A stretch of DNA of 64,000 nucleotides from Sporopachydermia quercuum (Eukaryota), in NCBI GenBank assembly GCA_001599295.1, contig BCGN01000005.1, positions 744,001 through 808,000 of the forward strand, given 5' to 3'. Made by a program: the position numbers and the translations under genes. Under the pieces are notes generated by a model. That model was not told where the DNA came from. It did not search any database and was given only the letters and a program-made list of their open reading frames with translations. Below are positions 33,603 through 45,820 of the stretch, one piece after another (position 1 is the first letter of the stretch; every line of letters begins with the position of its first letter).

Positions 33603-34250
33603 ATGTCACCTCCAACATCACCTAAACCAAGGGGTATTTTACGAAATGCACCACCAGCTGAAGTCTATGAAGAAAGAGTATTAGAAAACTATGATAGAAA
33701 AAAGGTGTATGAAAATACTTTAAGGAACGCTCAACTACGTTCGCCTAACCATGAGAAGCTTGTTCATCCCCACTCGCATGGAACTGGTGAAGTAGTTCCA
33801 TCAAATATCACTCTTTCCAACAATGAACCAAACGGAAATTCAGCATCAAACGATGAAAATGAGGAGCATATGAAATGGGATGAGGCAAATATATATCTTA
33901 CAGAANAAGAAAGAACCGCCACTATGAAGATTGATGAGCCCAAAACGCCTTATACAGGCGGAGTAGATCCAAATAATGATTATTATCGAGATGACAACGA
34001 GTTAGATGATCTTGATGATCCTGGTTTTTCACTTGGAGAAAGTGAATTCAAATCACCTGTTCCTAAAGATGAAATTGAAGTCTTAGTCCCTGAGAAAGAA
34101 GAAGAGGAAGATCAAGAAGAGGAAGGAGAAGAAGAGAAAACTGAGCTAACCCCTGAAGAGAAACACCGAAGGTTTGAAGAATTGCGACGTCAACATTATC
34201 ATATGAAAGGTGCGGTGTTACATCAGCAGTTCCCTAACGAAGAAGATTGA
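33603..34250 (+). CDS. GLC8: Protein phosphatase 1 regulator, inhibitor-2 family
   Basis: KPRGILRN, MKWDEANIYLTE, MKIDEPKTPY, FEELRRQHY. Confidence 0.92.
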   Translation: MSPPTSPKPRGILRNAPPAEVYEERVLENYDRKKVYENTLRNAQLRSPNHEKLVHPHSHGTGEVVPSNITLSNNEPNGNSASNDENEEHMKWDEANIYLTEXERTATMKIDEPKTPYTGGVDPNNDYYRDDNELDDLDDPGFSLGESEFKSPVPKDEIEVLVPEKEEEEDQEEEGEEEKTELTPEEKHRRFEELRRQHYHMKGAVLHQQFPNEED

Positions 34251-34810
34251 AAGATTTGCTGTGTATTTTATTTATAAATTGCATCTGTATGGACAACTAG
34301 GTGCGTTCTTACTGAACGCTCTGTGAATTGTTGCTTTATTGTTTCTTCTATTTAAGCAATGAGGAATTGGATAAAAGTATTAATCAATATTTTTGTTGGT
34401 AGCACTTTGTACGATAGATGATAACGCATTAATGTTCCCAAATCCATTCTCCAATTGTTAGAACAGATGTATAAATAACTATAATATAAGCGAAAGATTT
34501 AACTTAGACGAATTTGTCTTACAAAGGTAAATAAAGCAAAAGTAATTATATATATGCTTGTATATTCATAATTATAATCATGATAATGGCGATGATAATA
34601 AAATAAGAAACTTTATAAGTTGACTTTACAAGCTATTGTAAATGTAAAAACAAATTCAACTCCCAGCCCAATCAAAAAAACCTCCAAACGAAAATCTAAC
34701 GAAAATGAAAGAAAAAAAATTTTAGATAAATAAAAATAAAATTATTTGAATAAACAAATGAAGCGACATCACATTAAGCATTCTGCTTTAGAAAACATGT
34801 TCTTTCAGAT

Positions 34811-35512
34811 CTATTTTCCCATTCTCTTCTTCTCCAATTTTTCAGCTCTTTCATATTCTCCTTTTTGAATCAATTCATCAACCAAATGCTTCATAGCCTG
34901 TTTCCATCCTAGTAACTCTTCGTAGCTGGTGAAATACCGCCTTCCCAAATCATCCTCATCATCTACTTTTACCTTTCTAGCGTTTTTACTCAAACATCTC
35001 CATACTCCAGCCCGATCCCATAAACCAGTTCCTTTCAGCGAATCGCACGTCTCTTGTTCCGCTGCTGTGGGTACCGGGAACGCTGTCAAAGGTTTGGCAT
35101 GTGACTCAGTTGTGATTTTATTGTTGCCTTGAGAAGTATTGAGTTCTTTATGGGTGGCTGCGTTGTCGTCTGAAAAAAACAATTGAACAAAGCTGTGAAC
35201 ACTTAGATAAGGGACCCAACGTGTAATCAAAGCAAAGTCATTTGCGTTATGATAATCGGAATCAAAAGTGGATGCCTTTTTAGGGAATGAGTTGTAGAAC
35301 ATCTCTCGTCGTTCCGGAACTTGGCCATTCGTTCTAAACACATCTTGGAATAGCTCATCATCTTTATCAAAAATTCTAAAAGGATTCCGTATCCATTGAG
35401 ATTTAGATCCAGTGGTTGTGGTGGTTGCTGGTGGTGTTGATGAAGTCTTAAATCCATCAAGCGCAAGGCGATGTTCCCTGAACTCTTCCTCAGTAACAAA
35501 TTCACTGAACAT
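34811..35512 (-). CDS. Mpm1-like (mitochondrial peculiar membrane protein family) protein
   Basis: AFPVPTAAEQETCDSLKGTGLWDRAGVWRCL and YFTSYEELLGWK resemble the Mpm1 family motif; first ATG at 35512. Confidence 0.6.
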   Translation of the reverse strand: MFSEFVTEEEFREHRLALDGFKTSSTPPATTTTTGSKSQWIRNPFRIFDKDDELFQDVFRTNGQVPERREMFYNSFPKKASTFDSDYHNANDFALITRWVPYLSVHSFVQLFFSDDNAATHKELNTSQGNNKITTESHAKPLTAFPVPTAAEQETCDSLKGTGLWDRAGVWRCLSKNARKVKVDDEDDLGRRYFTSYEELLGWKQAMKHLVDELIQKGEYERAEKLEKKRMGK

Positions 35513-36712
35513 TGCTGACTTTAATGAAGACTTAAATGATGAAGTATATATCAAATCACGTAATAATGCAAAACCGCTAGTTGTAATCTTGTCTATATCT
35601 ATAATAGTGTCTATGGTATGTTTTTATGTTGTTAAACGATAAGCAGTCAAAACAATAGTAATAACATTCTGATCAAATATCTGTTACCCCTTAATCTCAA
35701 TAGCTAGTAATGTTGAATATATATTATATATCCATCAAGAAAATGAGGAATTTGGACAAGTAGAGATAAGAGTTTGAATGAAGAAGTAAACAGAAGCTGC
35801 CCCTTATCCTTTCCCCACGATTTGATTCTCAATAATCTGATTGTCAATTAGTTCCCTCTAATAATATTTCTGGGCAACTGACCTCTTCGGGTATCGGGAT
35901 CTAATGAGCAAGTGAATTTCTTCAAAAAATTCCTATACAGAATTTCAAAAACAAACTTAGACGTTGGCCCTTTCAATTCCTGAAACCAATATTTGGTTAC
36001 AACGTTAGTGCTGATAATAAAATATAACGATAAGTGCAATAAATATACAATCAGAGATTGGTTTCTCGTTTGTTATCGAAAGCTGTTTTTCACTACACCC
36101 CGAGTCGTTTGTGAGTGGTTTTTCACTTTTCACGATAATTCCCGAAATCACGGATTCAACTATTTTACATGTAATCAAAATCATATGCAAGTCATCGTGA
36201 CTTACATGAGAAACAAAGCATTTTACATTTAGAGTTTGAATGAATGCGTGGTTTAAGCACCGATATCGGTTAATAATGCATTAGACCCCACTTAGAGCCT
36301 TCCTAAGTGGGACAGAACTTCCCCGCCTTGATTCATACACAGTCTTCTGACATTGTGTTTATAGTTGATAAGCTAAAAGATTAGGTAATACTAAAACACT
36401 CTAAAGATTTATTTTGAATCATGTAATCATTTAACAACTATAAACGGGTAGAGTGGTTCTGGAGGTTTATTAATGGTGGATTACATTAACAATTTTAAGA
36501 ACATGAGAAGAGTTCAAATGGAGAATGCTAATGCTTAGTGGGATACACTATGAAGGTAGCAGTTACAGTGGTTTATGATTTAGGTAAGCAATATATCTTT
36601 TGGCAAGAAAAATAGATTGTGCGACTTACCTCACTACGACAGATTGAAAGGAAGTACTATTATTATTTCAAAAGAATTAACATTTTGTTATTTAAAACTG
36701 ATAGCTCTGACC

Positions 36713-37295
36713 CTAAAATCCATAGTTTTCAGCAGAATCATCAAAGAAAGATGTAAATGCAACAACAGTAAAGTACACTAATAAACCACCTAGTATTGAT
36801 AACACAGTGGCTGGAACTGTGAGAACATGAGTATGACATAAGATAACAGGCAAACCCAATGAGCTAATTACTAAAAATGCAGAGAAAAACTTTCCAAAGT
36901 CCATAATATAACTAAAAATGAATTTCGTTAACATCTATTCATCTTCCTCTATAATAATCCATTTTTCTCAGGTAATTCATCAAAACTTACGTTGTAGTCT
37001 CACTGATAAAATCATCTCCTTCAGATGTCCAAGACCCACAAAAAACAATTGGCAAATGGGCCACTCCAAAAGAAACCACTATAAAGTAGATTAGTTAGTC
37101 TCTTGTTATCCAAATCTTATTATTTTGTTGTCTATCAAGCATAGTTTTCATACGTATCAGAATAGGTAGCCAGTTTCCATAGATGGCTCCTGCCAGGACT
37201 GTGAGTAGGAATCCGATAGCCAATACTACCGCCAGTCCAATGATTTTGATCAATGGACTGGAAAAGACCTCTTTCAATTTGGCTAGTGATGACAT
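36713..37295 (-). CDS. VPS55: Vacuolar protein sorting protein 55; exons 37295-37154, 37078-36991, 36911-36713 (142 aa)
   Basis: SPLIKIIGLAVVLAIGFLL...NWLP...DFGKFFSAFLVISSLGLPVIL.H; two introns restore the frame. Confidence 0.92.
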
Positions 37296-37951
37296 TATAC
37301 AATAAATTGTTCAACGTGCCAAACACTCAGCGAGATTTCAGCAGGATTTGATGACAACCCTCGATACAATCGCTTTCCTCTTTTTATCCTCACCGTCCGT
37401 CTGCAATACAACCGGCCCCTTATTTCTAACTGGACTGCTAATAGTCGCAATATACTACTTCAATTCAACTGTCAACCAACCTAGTAATACATTTAAGTTA
37501 AGTTATAATCTAAAACTAAATAAATTATGTATCACGCTTCAAAACTAATCCTTCTGATCTTTCCTCACTAAATATTATAGATAAATATTCTACTCGAAGT
37601 ACAAGTATTGATAAGCTTCCTTCGTTTACTTAAAACATCATCGTATCGTACCTACCAAATTTTTGTTAACAAAACTCGGGGGCCATTCTGGCTATCAGTA
37701 TTCAACTCCAAGAACCCAGTACACATTAAAAAGTGTTCGACAAAAGAATGAGATATAAGGGCGAGGGTGATTTCTGAGTGGCGCCAGGAAATGAATGATT
37801 AATATACAACTGAATGAATTGTGGTATAATAAAACAAGTTTGAATGACAGTTGATCAATTGGAGCTTGAGAATCAGTTATATAGAGTTTAATTGAGTGGA
37901 GTTGATAATTGATGGATTGTTGATGAATGATATATTGGATTTATTGTAATA

Positions 37952-39032
37952 ATGGTATGTTTTTGAAGTTTGTACTAGCAGAGATAATTGACATTGGATC
38001 AACACCAAACGGACCGGAGGGAAAGGTGACATAAGAATGAAAAAAATAAAAAGAAGATCGATGTATTCTAACATAACTTAGTTTCGAAATAACTACGATA
38101 ATGATACGGTTACATACTCACCTACAGGAAGATTGTTCCAGGTAGAGTATGCCCTAGAAGCAACAAAACAAGGAAGTGCAGCAGTAGGATTAGTATCGGA
38201 AGATTATGCTGTTTTAGTAGCTTTGAAAAGAAACGCAGAAGAACTGGGATCATATCAAAAGAAAATCATCAAGATTGATGAACATATGGGAGTTGCGCTT
38301 GCCGGTTTAGCTCCTGATGCTAGAGTTTTATCTAACTTTCTTCGTCAGCAAGCNATACAGTCAAAATACGTTTTCAATAGGCCATTGCCCATTCAAAGAG
38401 CTGTTGACTCAATTGCGGATAAGGCACAGTTAAACACTCAAAGATATGGTGGTAGACCTTATGGAGTAGGTTTACTAGTTGTTGGTTATGACGAAACAGG
38501 TCCTCATCTCCATGAATTTTTACCAAGTGGTACGGTTTTAGAATACTTTGGAGCAGCTATTGGAGCTCGATCTCAAGCCGCCAGAACTTACTTAGAAAGA
38601 AACTTTGAAGAATTCAGATGTTGTAAACAATTAGAAGACTTGATTATTCATGGATTAGAGGCTTTAAGGGATACATTGGCACAGGAAAAAGAATTGACAC
38701 TAAAAAATACGAGTATTGCTTTTGTTGGCAAAGATGTAGACTTTCAAGTGATTGATGATGGTGATGTTCAAAAGTGGTTAGATAGGTTAGGATCAACAAG
38801 CAATAATAGAAATAGAGGAAATGATGACAATGATGATGGAAACGACGANGATGATGAGAACGATGACAATAACGATGAAGGAAAAGGTGACAAAGATCAA
38901 AGTGATAAGACAACTATTCCAGCAGATGAAACAAAAACAGAAGATACTCAACAGCCTACCACGGAAGCTACAACAACTACAGCTTCTTCTACTAGTGGAA
39001 GTGAACCTACTGATATGGACATAGATTCATGA
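37952..39032 (+). CDS. PRE5: 20S proteasome alpha-6 subunit; exons 37952-37954 (ATG only) and 38082-39032
   Basis: [46 protein letters not shown]...TCTAAC...TAG intron. Confidence 0.95.
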
Positions 39033-39207
39033 TTCCTGACTCCATACCTCTTTCAATCAATTTCATACATAATAAATGAATACACATAAAAAAATAGCTT
39101 TGCAAAACGTGTATTAGTATAGATATATTGTTCGTACGAAAACGCAATACTACTATTTAGCCAGCTAACTGAATTTATTAAAAACCAAATAAAATCTTTT
39201 TTTTCTA

Positions 39208-39654
39208 TTATTGCTTCTCCTTCAAACCATTGATAGTTGCAACCAAAGTTCTAGTGTGCCTATAATGTCGGAATTCGCAAAACCAGATACCTTGCCAGGT
39301 TCCAGTAGCTAAACGGCCATTTCTAATAGGAATAGTCAATTCAGCTCCAATTAAACTGCTGCGAACATGCGCTGGCATATCATCAGATCCTTCAGCATCA
39401 TGTCGGTATAACGTATCGTCTTCAGGTGCAATCCTTGCTAAACTATCGGTCATATCCTCTCTAACATCAGGATCCCAATTTTCATTCAGTGTCAGACCAG
39501 CTGATGTATGTTGAAGCAATAAATGTAATAATCCCACCTTATATTCTTTGATTTCTGGTAAATGTGACAGAACTTCATCAGTCACCAAATATGAACCTTT
39601 CGATCTTGGCGTTAATGAGAATGTTTTCTGTTCCCACTCCGACATATTGGTCAT
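39208..39654 (-). CDS. YjbQ/UPF0047 family protein
   Basis: QHTSAGLTLNENWDPDV, EGSDDMPAHVRSSLIG, GTWQGIWFCEF; ATG at 39654 or 39645. Confidence 0.9.
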   Translation of the reverse strand: MTNMSEWEQKTFSLTPRSKGSYLVTDEVLSHLPEIKEYKVGLLHLLLQHTSAGLTLNENWDPDVREDMTDSLARIAPEDDTLYRHDAEGSDDMPAHVRSSLIGAELTIPIRNGRLATGTWQGIWFCEFRHYRHTRTLVATINGLKEKQ

Positions 39655-40019
39655 CCTCTCTTTACCTTCTTGAGAAACTTCCAAGTTGTTAGATAGATTG
39701 GTTCTTAGCTTGATGCATTCAAGACTCCTTCAAAATCTTTTAACAAGCCCAAAATAATAGTAAAATAATACCCTAGTAGCTTCTATGTTCCAAGGGTTTT
39801 ATTTCCTGTTTCCTCCGTTATTANCAATCTCTCAAATCAAATCAGTACAGTCAATTCAACTGTTGACAGTATATAGTGACTTCTCTGTTTCTCTTATAAT
39901 GAATGCACTATGAAAATGCAACGAACAAAGTAGATCATACAGCTGTGTCTTGTTCCGGAAGATAGAATAAATATATTAGTGTGCATCGACCCCCAGTAAT
40001 ATTTTTGATGGGAAACTGA

Positions 40020-40043
40020 AATATATATATATATATACATATA
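40020..40043. repeat. (AT)n microsatellite
   Basis: atatatatatatatatacatatat. Confidence 0.85.
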
Positions 40044-40737
40044 TTTCTGCTAATATGAATAATAAAAAGAAAAGAATGGAAAAATAAGTAAAACAAAATA
40101 AAAAATAAAAAAAGGAAACGTAGTTTGTTCTACGTCTCTATAAGTTCAGTCAAACANTTAGTTACTATTGTCATCTCATTTTTTTTCATAGTTAGGGAAG
40201 CATTTTTATATTAGATTACCACAAGCGATGAGATGCGAACAGCGTAGTACTTGTGATAAGTAATGTATTAGCTAGATAAGGGAAAACAACAATAGGGTAT
40301 CTCTGAAACGAATTATAATGACAAATTAGGATAGGGTATATTTATAATGTTTATTTATGCGGAATATGAATAGCTAAGAAGCTGGATTAGTGGTGCGACG
40401 ATACTGGTAGAAAGGTAGAGTTTGTTGTACAATTGATCTTAATGAAACGTGGGAATGAATATGATAAAAGAAATCAATGATAAAAATTAACGGAAGAAAC
40501 AAATTATATAGGAGTTTATAGGTTATTGCATTTATTTAGAGCGTAATCAGCTGGTCTAGAGTAGTTTGTTTAATATGCAAATTGATACATATCTCATTCT
40601 TTCCTATACACACATGGGAATGGAGTAAAATATACGTTTGTTATAGTAATGTTTAGTCTCGTTATTGTTAAGACAATTTGAGATAAGCATGATCAAGATA
40701 TATGCCCAAATTAATTCTCTTCAGTTAAGTCTGACCA

Positions 40738-41676
40738 TTAATACACTTTCTTCTTTTCATCGAGACTAAGCTCGCCAGCTCCACTAGTGANGATAATCAA
40801 GAGACCACCAACGATACTTAATGTTTGGAAAAACTCATACTTTCGGAAATCTCTGTTAGGATTAGTACTATTAAAAGACCAATAATGATTAACAGACACG
40901 TTGAAGATGAGAAGCAACACAACTAGGACTAAAGCAGAGACCTTGGTCTTATAACCAACAACTATAGCCACACATCCTACAAGTGTAAACAAAGAAACAA
41001 AAAGTTTGAACCATCCCCAATGCCTATTGAACAAGAACCCCAAAAACATCAATATCAATAGAATTCTACCAACAAGCAAAAAGTATTTCTTGTTATCTTT
41101 ATATTCAAGCATTGGCAGACCTGGCATGGACAAACTTCTCTTGTCTCTGACTACTGAGTCACTTGCAACAAGAACCAATCCACCAATAACACTAAGATTT
41201 CTTAAAAAGAATTGAAAATCAAAAATCAATCCATAAACTAATCCCTGACTCACAACGACGAATAACAACGCCGCTGCCGCATATTCAATTTTGCGTCTTG
41301 CAATTATAAGAGTTGAACCGCCAATCATCAAGACGATGTTAATTGTAAGGTAGAACATCACTATAAATCTGGGAATATGTCGGAAAACCCATAGATAATA
41401 AACCTGATCCTTCCATTGAGATAAAATTCGAATTGAGTCTTCCAAAAATGTAGCAACAATCAGAAGTCTTCCAACAGCAGGGACGTATGCTTTGAAGTTA
41501 ATAGGTATAGGGCCATCACCTCCAGCAATTGTATCCAGATACTCTTCAAGTTGAGTAGTATAAGTCTCAAATTGCTCCTTCAGAGATCGTTCACTCGAGA
41601 TTGGACCAACATTTTGTCTGTTCTCTATAGGAACTGATTGAGGAATACTTCCAAACTGATTTTGGCGGAAAGACAT
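40738..41676 (-). CDS. ERV29: COPII cargo receptor Erv29 (SURF4)
   Basis: GRLLIVATFLEDSIRI, FFLRNLSVIGGL, KYEFFQTLSIVGGLL, GAGELSLDEKKKVY. Confidence 0.96.
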   Translation of the reverse strand: MSFRQNQFGSIPQSVPIENRQNVGPISSERSLKEQFETYTTQLEEYLDTIAGGDGPIPINFKAYVPAVGRLLIVATFLEDSIRILSQWKDQVYYLWVFRHIPRFIVMFYLTINIVLMIGGSTLIIARRKIEYAAAALLFVVVSQGLVYGLIFDFQFFLRNLSVIGGLVLVASDSVVRDKRSLSMPGLPMLEYKDNKKYFLLVGRILLILMFLGFLFNRHWGWFKLFVSLFTLVGCVAIVVGYKTKVSALVLVVLLLIFNVSVNHYWSFNSTNPNRDFRKYEFFQTLSIVGGLLIIXTSGAGELSLDEKKKVY

Positions 41677-42869
41677 CTTATTTTTAATTCTCGACACTTA
41701 GCCTATCCATCCAGTCCTGATCCACATATACAACCTAACCTCTTTGATCTGAACTCTTGAGGACTTTACTTCCGAAGTTTATGTTAGAGATACTCATTAA
41801 CAGTGAATTCACCTGAATAGCTCCGAATTCCCGTTATTTTTTCAGTCTAAACAGCGTTCAGAAGTTTTAAAACAACTAACACCAATAAAAATTTCAATCT
41901 TTAGTCTGCTTGACTTTTCTCCGATTAGGAAGTGCTTACGTTTCATGAAGATCCCTATTCAACTCCCTTTGCAAGGGGTAATTCTTGTGTTATATAATGT
42001 AAGTTTGAAAAGTGCATATAGTTGCATATTCATTTGTAAATATTGCAGGATCTGACAATGGAGCATTTCTGGTGAATTTTTATTGTTTCTTTCTGAGACA
42101 AAACTATGATTCCTATATATTTGAAGATAATTACAACATGAGGTTTATTAGAAATTTGATAATGAATTTCAATTTATAATCAAGACTGACTTCTCTTGGG
42201 CGTCTTTTGTGAACATGATTCTGACTTATCGTATATGCAGAATTAACGTATCTCTATGCGTATGATACTTTAGGTTTTTTTGAATTTCAGTTTATACATG
42301 GTGCCAAAAATATACTCATTAAGAATCTTTTTTTGGTTAGGTAATCGTGAATTTGCTGACCATTTGAAAGTGTGAAACTATAATATTTCATATCTGATAC
42401 GAATGAATCGGTCATAAAAAAGTTATAATTGAATATTGTTATTTACTGGAAATCACTTGGCTGAAAATGGTTCAAAACGGTATACGATTTCAGAGGTAGA
42501 TTGGAAGACATATAACAGTGAAATGAACTATCGTTCAAGATAGAGTTATGCGAAAGAAAGTTGTGTGTAAAGCTGGTTACATATGTTACGGAAAACAAAG
42601 AAATGAGTAATTCATTTTTCAGACAGCCGTTTAAACAATAGTCGTTTGTTATTTGAACCAAATGAATATGTTGTAAAAATAAAGAGGAGATGGTTAACAG
42701 TTCTGGCTTCCATGAGAATTTAAACAATATGGTTAGAAGAATGGGCCGTCCTTGTATCTACTCTATAAGTTCTTCAGTTAGTAATAATAATGGATAACAT
42801 AAATATCTATTCGGATCTAAAACAGACTCTATTCTTTTGTCATGCAATTCTATATATATGGCACCACTT

Positions 42870-44189
42870 TTAAATGAAATACTTGAAAGTAGACTTATTA
42901 ACCTTACCAGCTGAATCAAGCTCAATGACGATTTCTTCAAATGCAGCTTTAACAGCATCAGAATCTTTGCTGGACACTTTACCAGCAACCGAATCCAGTT
43001 GCATATCATCAAGCTTATCAACAATAGCTTCAACATCTAAAGAGATGTTATTAATATCGGTTGATGAAGGAGTAGCACCTTCACCAGCAAAATAATTGAC
43101 ATCTTTGACACTACCTCTGATGGCTCTCTTATTCTTCTTTCTGGCATTCTTGGCAGCTTCTTTGGCCTTCTTAGCGTTTTCTTTACTTGATTTAGCGGCT
43201 TCTTCTTGTTCTTTTTTTAATCTTTCTTCTTCTAATCTCTTCTTTTCAGCTTCTTCCTTGGCCTTTCTAGCACCAGCTTCTCTTTCCCACTTCTTTCTTT
43301 CTTTTTCTTCCTTCTCCTTTTGTTTGAACAATTTCATTCTTGGATCTTCCGATAGAGCTTGATCGACCAACTCTCTTAGCCGGGCATTATCTTCAGTCTT
43401 TCTCTTTTGTCTTGCAGTCTTGTTCTTCTTTTCAATATATCTCTTGTTATCTCTGTTACTGGTATCATCTGGGACATCTTCATCTAAATACTCAAAGCTT
43501 CTCCACGAATCGAAGTTGTACCAGAATGTATAGAAAGCTTCAACTTCAGGCTTACTAGACTCCAAAGTACCTAAAGATGGAACTGGCTGTTTCTTGGAGA
43601 ATCTACCTTCAGCTTCAAAAACAGGAGTCCACAATTTGAAGAAATCGCCCTTTTGCTTAGGGAGAGGAGGCTCAACATCGGCACCTTCATCAACGGAGTC
43701 GTATTGTTTTCTCTTAACGGGATCCATTAAAACTTCAAAAGCTTTCTGAATCAATTTGAAAAATCCATCTTGATCCAAACCACCTTTTTCTCCCTTCTTA
43801 TCAGGATGATGCTTCAAGACCTTTCGTCGGTGAGATCTTCTAATTTGGTCCTCAGTAGCTCTGAATCTATATTTAGACAATCCTAAAACTGCGTAATGAT
43901 CTTGACTCTTCCAATCTCTGGGTGATCTTTGTAACATCTCATCGTCTTCATCATCTGTAAATTCTTCATCTTCATCATTTCCTCCATCTTCAATTTCTTT
44001 AACGTTCTTTTCAGCTTGAATCTTTTCGTATTCAGTCCAAGTATGTCCTCTCAATGTTCTTCGAGCATGATCAACGAAAAATTGTCCCACTGGTTCAATA
44101 GGTCTTCTTTCAGCTGATGAATACTTCCCAAATACTTGAGTAGAAGCACCTGATGCTTCAGGAACTCTTCCTTTTAAAACAGTAGTCAT
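42870..44189 (-). CDS. ZUO1: Zuotin, ribosome-associated J-protein
   Basis: IEPVG, DWKSQDHYAVLGL, HHPDKK, FDSWRSFEYLDED. Confidence 0.97.
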   Translation of the reverse strand: MTTVLKGRVPEASGASTQVFGKYSSAERRPIEPVGQFFVDHARRTLRGHTWTEYEKIQAEKNVKEIEDGGNDEDEEFTDDEDDEMLQRSPRDWKSQDHYAVLGLSKYRFRATEDQIRRSHRRKVLKHHPDKKGEKGGLDQDGFFKLIQKAFEVLMDPVKRKQYDSVDEGADVEPPLPKQKGDFFKLWTPVFEAEGRFSKKQPVPSLGTLESSKPEVEAFYTFWYNFDSWRSFEYLDEDVPDDTSNRDNKRYIEKKNKTARQKRKTEDNARLRELVDQALSEDPRMKLFKQKEKEEKERKKWEREAGARKAKEEAEKKRLEEERLKKEQEEAAKSSKENAKKAKEAAKNARKKNKRAIRGSVKDVNYFAGEGATPSSTDINNISLDVEAIVDKLDDMQLDSVAGKVSSKDSDAVKAAFEEIVIELDSAGKVNKSTFKYFI

Positions 44190-44396
44190 GTTNATTTATG
44201 TTGAAAAATATAAATACAACTATTTTGAAGTCTTTATAATACCAGTTCTATATACAGTCCAATACTGGATTTACAATTAACAATTAAAATCAATGAGTAT
44301 GTAGAAATAAACGTGTAGTGCTCTTGTTGTTTCTGCCTTGACAGGTTTCTCTGCAATATAAAATTTTTTTCTGTTATAAGAAAGAATATCTATCGG

Positions 44397-44404
44397 CCGG
44401 GTAA
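44397..44404. promoter_or_regulatory. Reb1-type site in the ZUO1/ELP6 divergent promoter
   Basis: CCGGGTAA. Confidence 0.5.
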
Positions 44405-44749
44405 ATATTTGTATTATCAAAAACAGGAATTCATAAGACAAAGAAAACGGCAAAAGGGGTAGACGCGAGATATAAATATCTCATAGATTCACAGATGAAC
44501 AACAGTAAGCTTATGAATTATAGAGAGTAGATTGACTCTTCAGATTCTTTGTAGTTGGAGAGTCAATTCGATGGATGAAAATAGCAGAGTTATACCTGTG
44601 GAGGAAATTACAGTTTGAGACTTAATATTTATGTCTCAAAGGGATATTGGAGTTGTCTTGCGTTATATATGGTGAACCAGAGAGGCTCTGAGCAGAAGAT
44701 AGAAGAAGCCAGTAGCAGAGTAAATGTTCAAAGAAGTGTCATCTCAAAG

Positions 44750-45604
44750 ATGTCAAGACAATTACAACACCTAACGTTCTTTGAAGATAATACCATCTTA
44801 ACAAATTTTCTAAAAGAAGAACAACAGGGAACCTTAATAACAATTATTCATGAGCCAACAAACTCAGCTAACTGGCTACTTGGTTTGCTATCTTTAGACA
44901 TTGTTGGAACAAATGGTAATAAGAGAAATTCCCAAATCTCTTCCCTACCGCCAAACCAATATAGCAATACTGTAGTACTCCTTTCATTTTTGAATGAGCC
45001 AGAACATTATGACAGGAATTTCAAAAAGTACAGTGTTAGTTCATTAAGTAAAAATTTTCACATTATTGATGCTTTCACAAACTTATATGCCAAAGTCGAT
45101 AATTCCTCTATTCCTGGTTTGGCACCAGATGTTCAATCCTTAAGTGCACTTTTCGAATACATAGAACTACAATTGGAACAAGTAACGAGTACTCAAAAAA
45201 GCCAATGCAAACCTGTTCTAATAATCGATGGGATAGATGCTCTTGTAGCTTCACAGTTATTTTCTTACACAGCTATTTTTCAGTTTATTATAAAGCTACG
45301 AAGTTTGTTTCAGCTAGTAATCATTGCAATAACAACGTCGGATGTTTTGGTTGATCTGTCATCAAATCCAGAAGAAGGCTCAATTGAACATGCACATACC
45401 ATAATAACTAGTCATTTAGTATCNAATTCTAGTGTGCTAGTGTCGCTTCGGAGTCTACAAACAGGTCACGCTAAAGATGTTTCCGGTGTCATACGAATAA
45501 CCCCGGGCGCTGTGAGATCCAAACAAAAATCATTACAAGTCAGAGGGGATGAAATGTTGTACTATGTTCCCATAGATAAACCCACTCAGCTATTCTATCC
45601 ATGA
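44750..45604 (+). CDS. ELP6: Elongator subunit Elp6-like RecA-fold protein
   Basis: LLSFLN...HY, LIIDGID, LRSLQTGHAKDVSGVIRI; ATG at 44750 preferred. Confidence 0.8.
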   Translation: MSRQLQHLTFFEDNTILTNFLKEEQQGTLITIIHEPTNSANWLLGLLSLDIVGTNGNKRNSQISSLPPNQYSNTVVLLSFLNEPEHYDRNFKKYSVSSLSKNFHIIDAFTNLYAKVDNSSIPGLAPDVQSLSALFEYIELQLEQVTSTQKSQCKPVLIIDGIDALVASQLFSYTAIFQFIIKLRSLFQLVIIAITTSDVLVDLSSNPEEGSIEHAHTIITSHLVXNSSVLVSLRSLQTGHAKDVSGVIRITPGAVRSKQKSLQVRGDEMLYYVPIDKPTQLFYP

Positions 45605-45820
45605 ACAAAAGGGAAATGCAATTTTAGAACTTTTCAATTTCTCATATCTACTTGAACATACACTCTTTATCTATATTCCCCTAAAAATAAACATCTTTCT
45701 AATACAATAATTATCATTAAATTCTGTCAGTATGCCAACATCAACTATTTAACCATATAACCATATTACCATATAACCATAAAACCCTATTATTCTATTA
45801 CCATTTAATCTTATAACCCG

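Noticed and set aside
39208..39654. Horizontal transfer of the YjbQ gene from bacteria
   Set aside because: The family is known in other fungi and composition matches the neighbours; no evidence without a phylogeny
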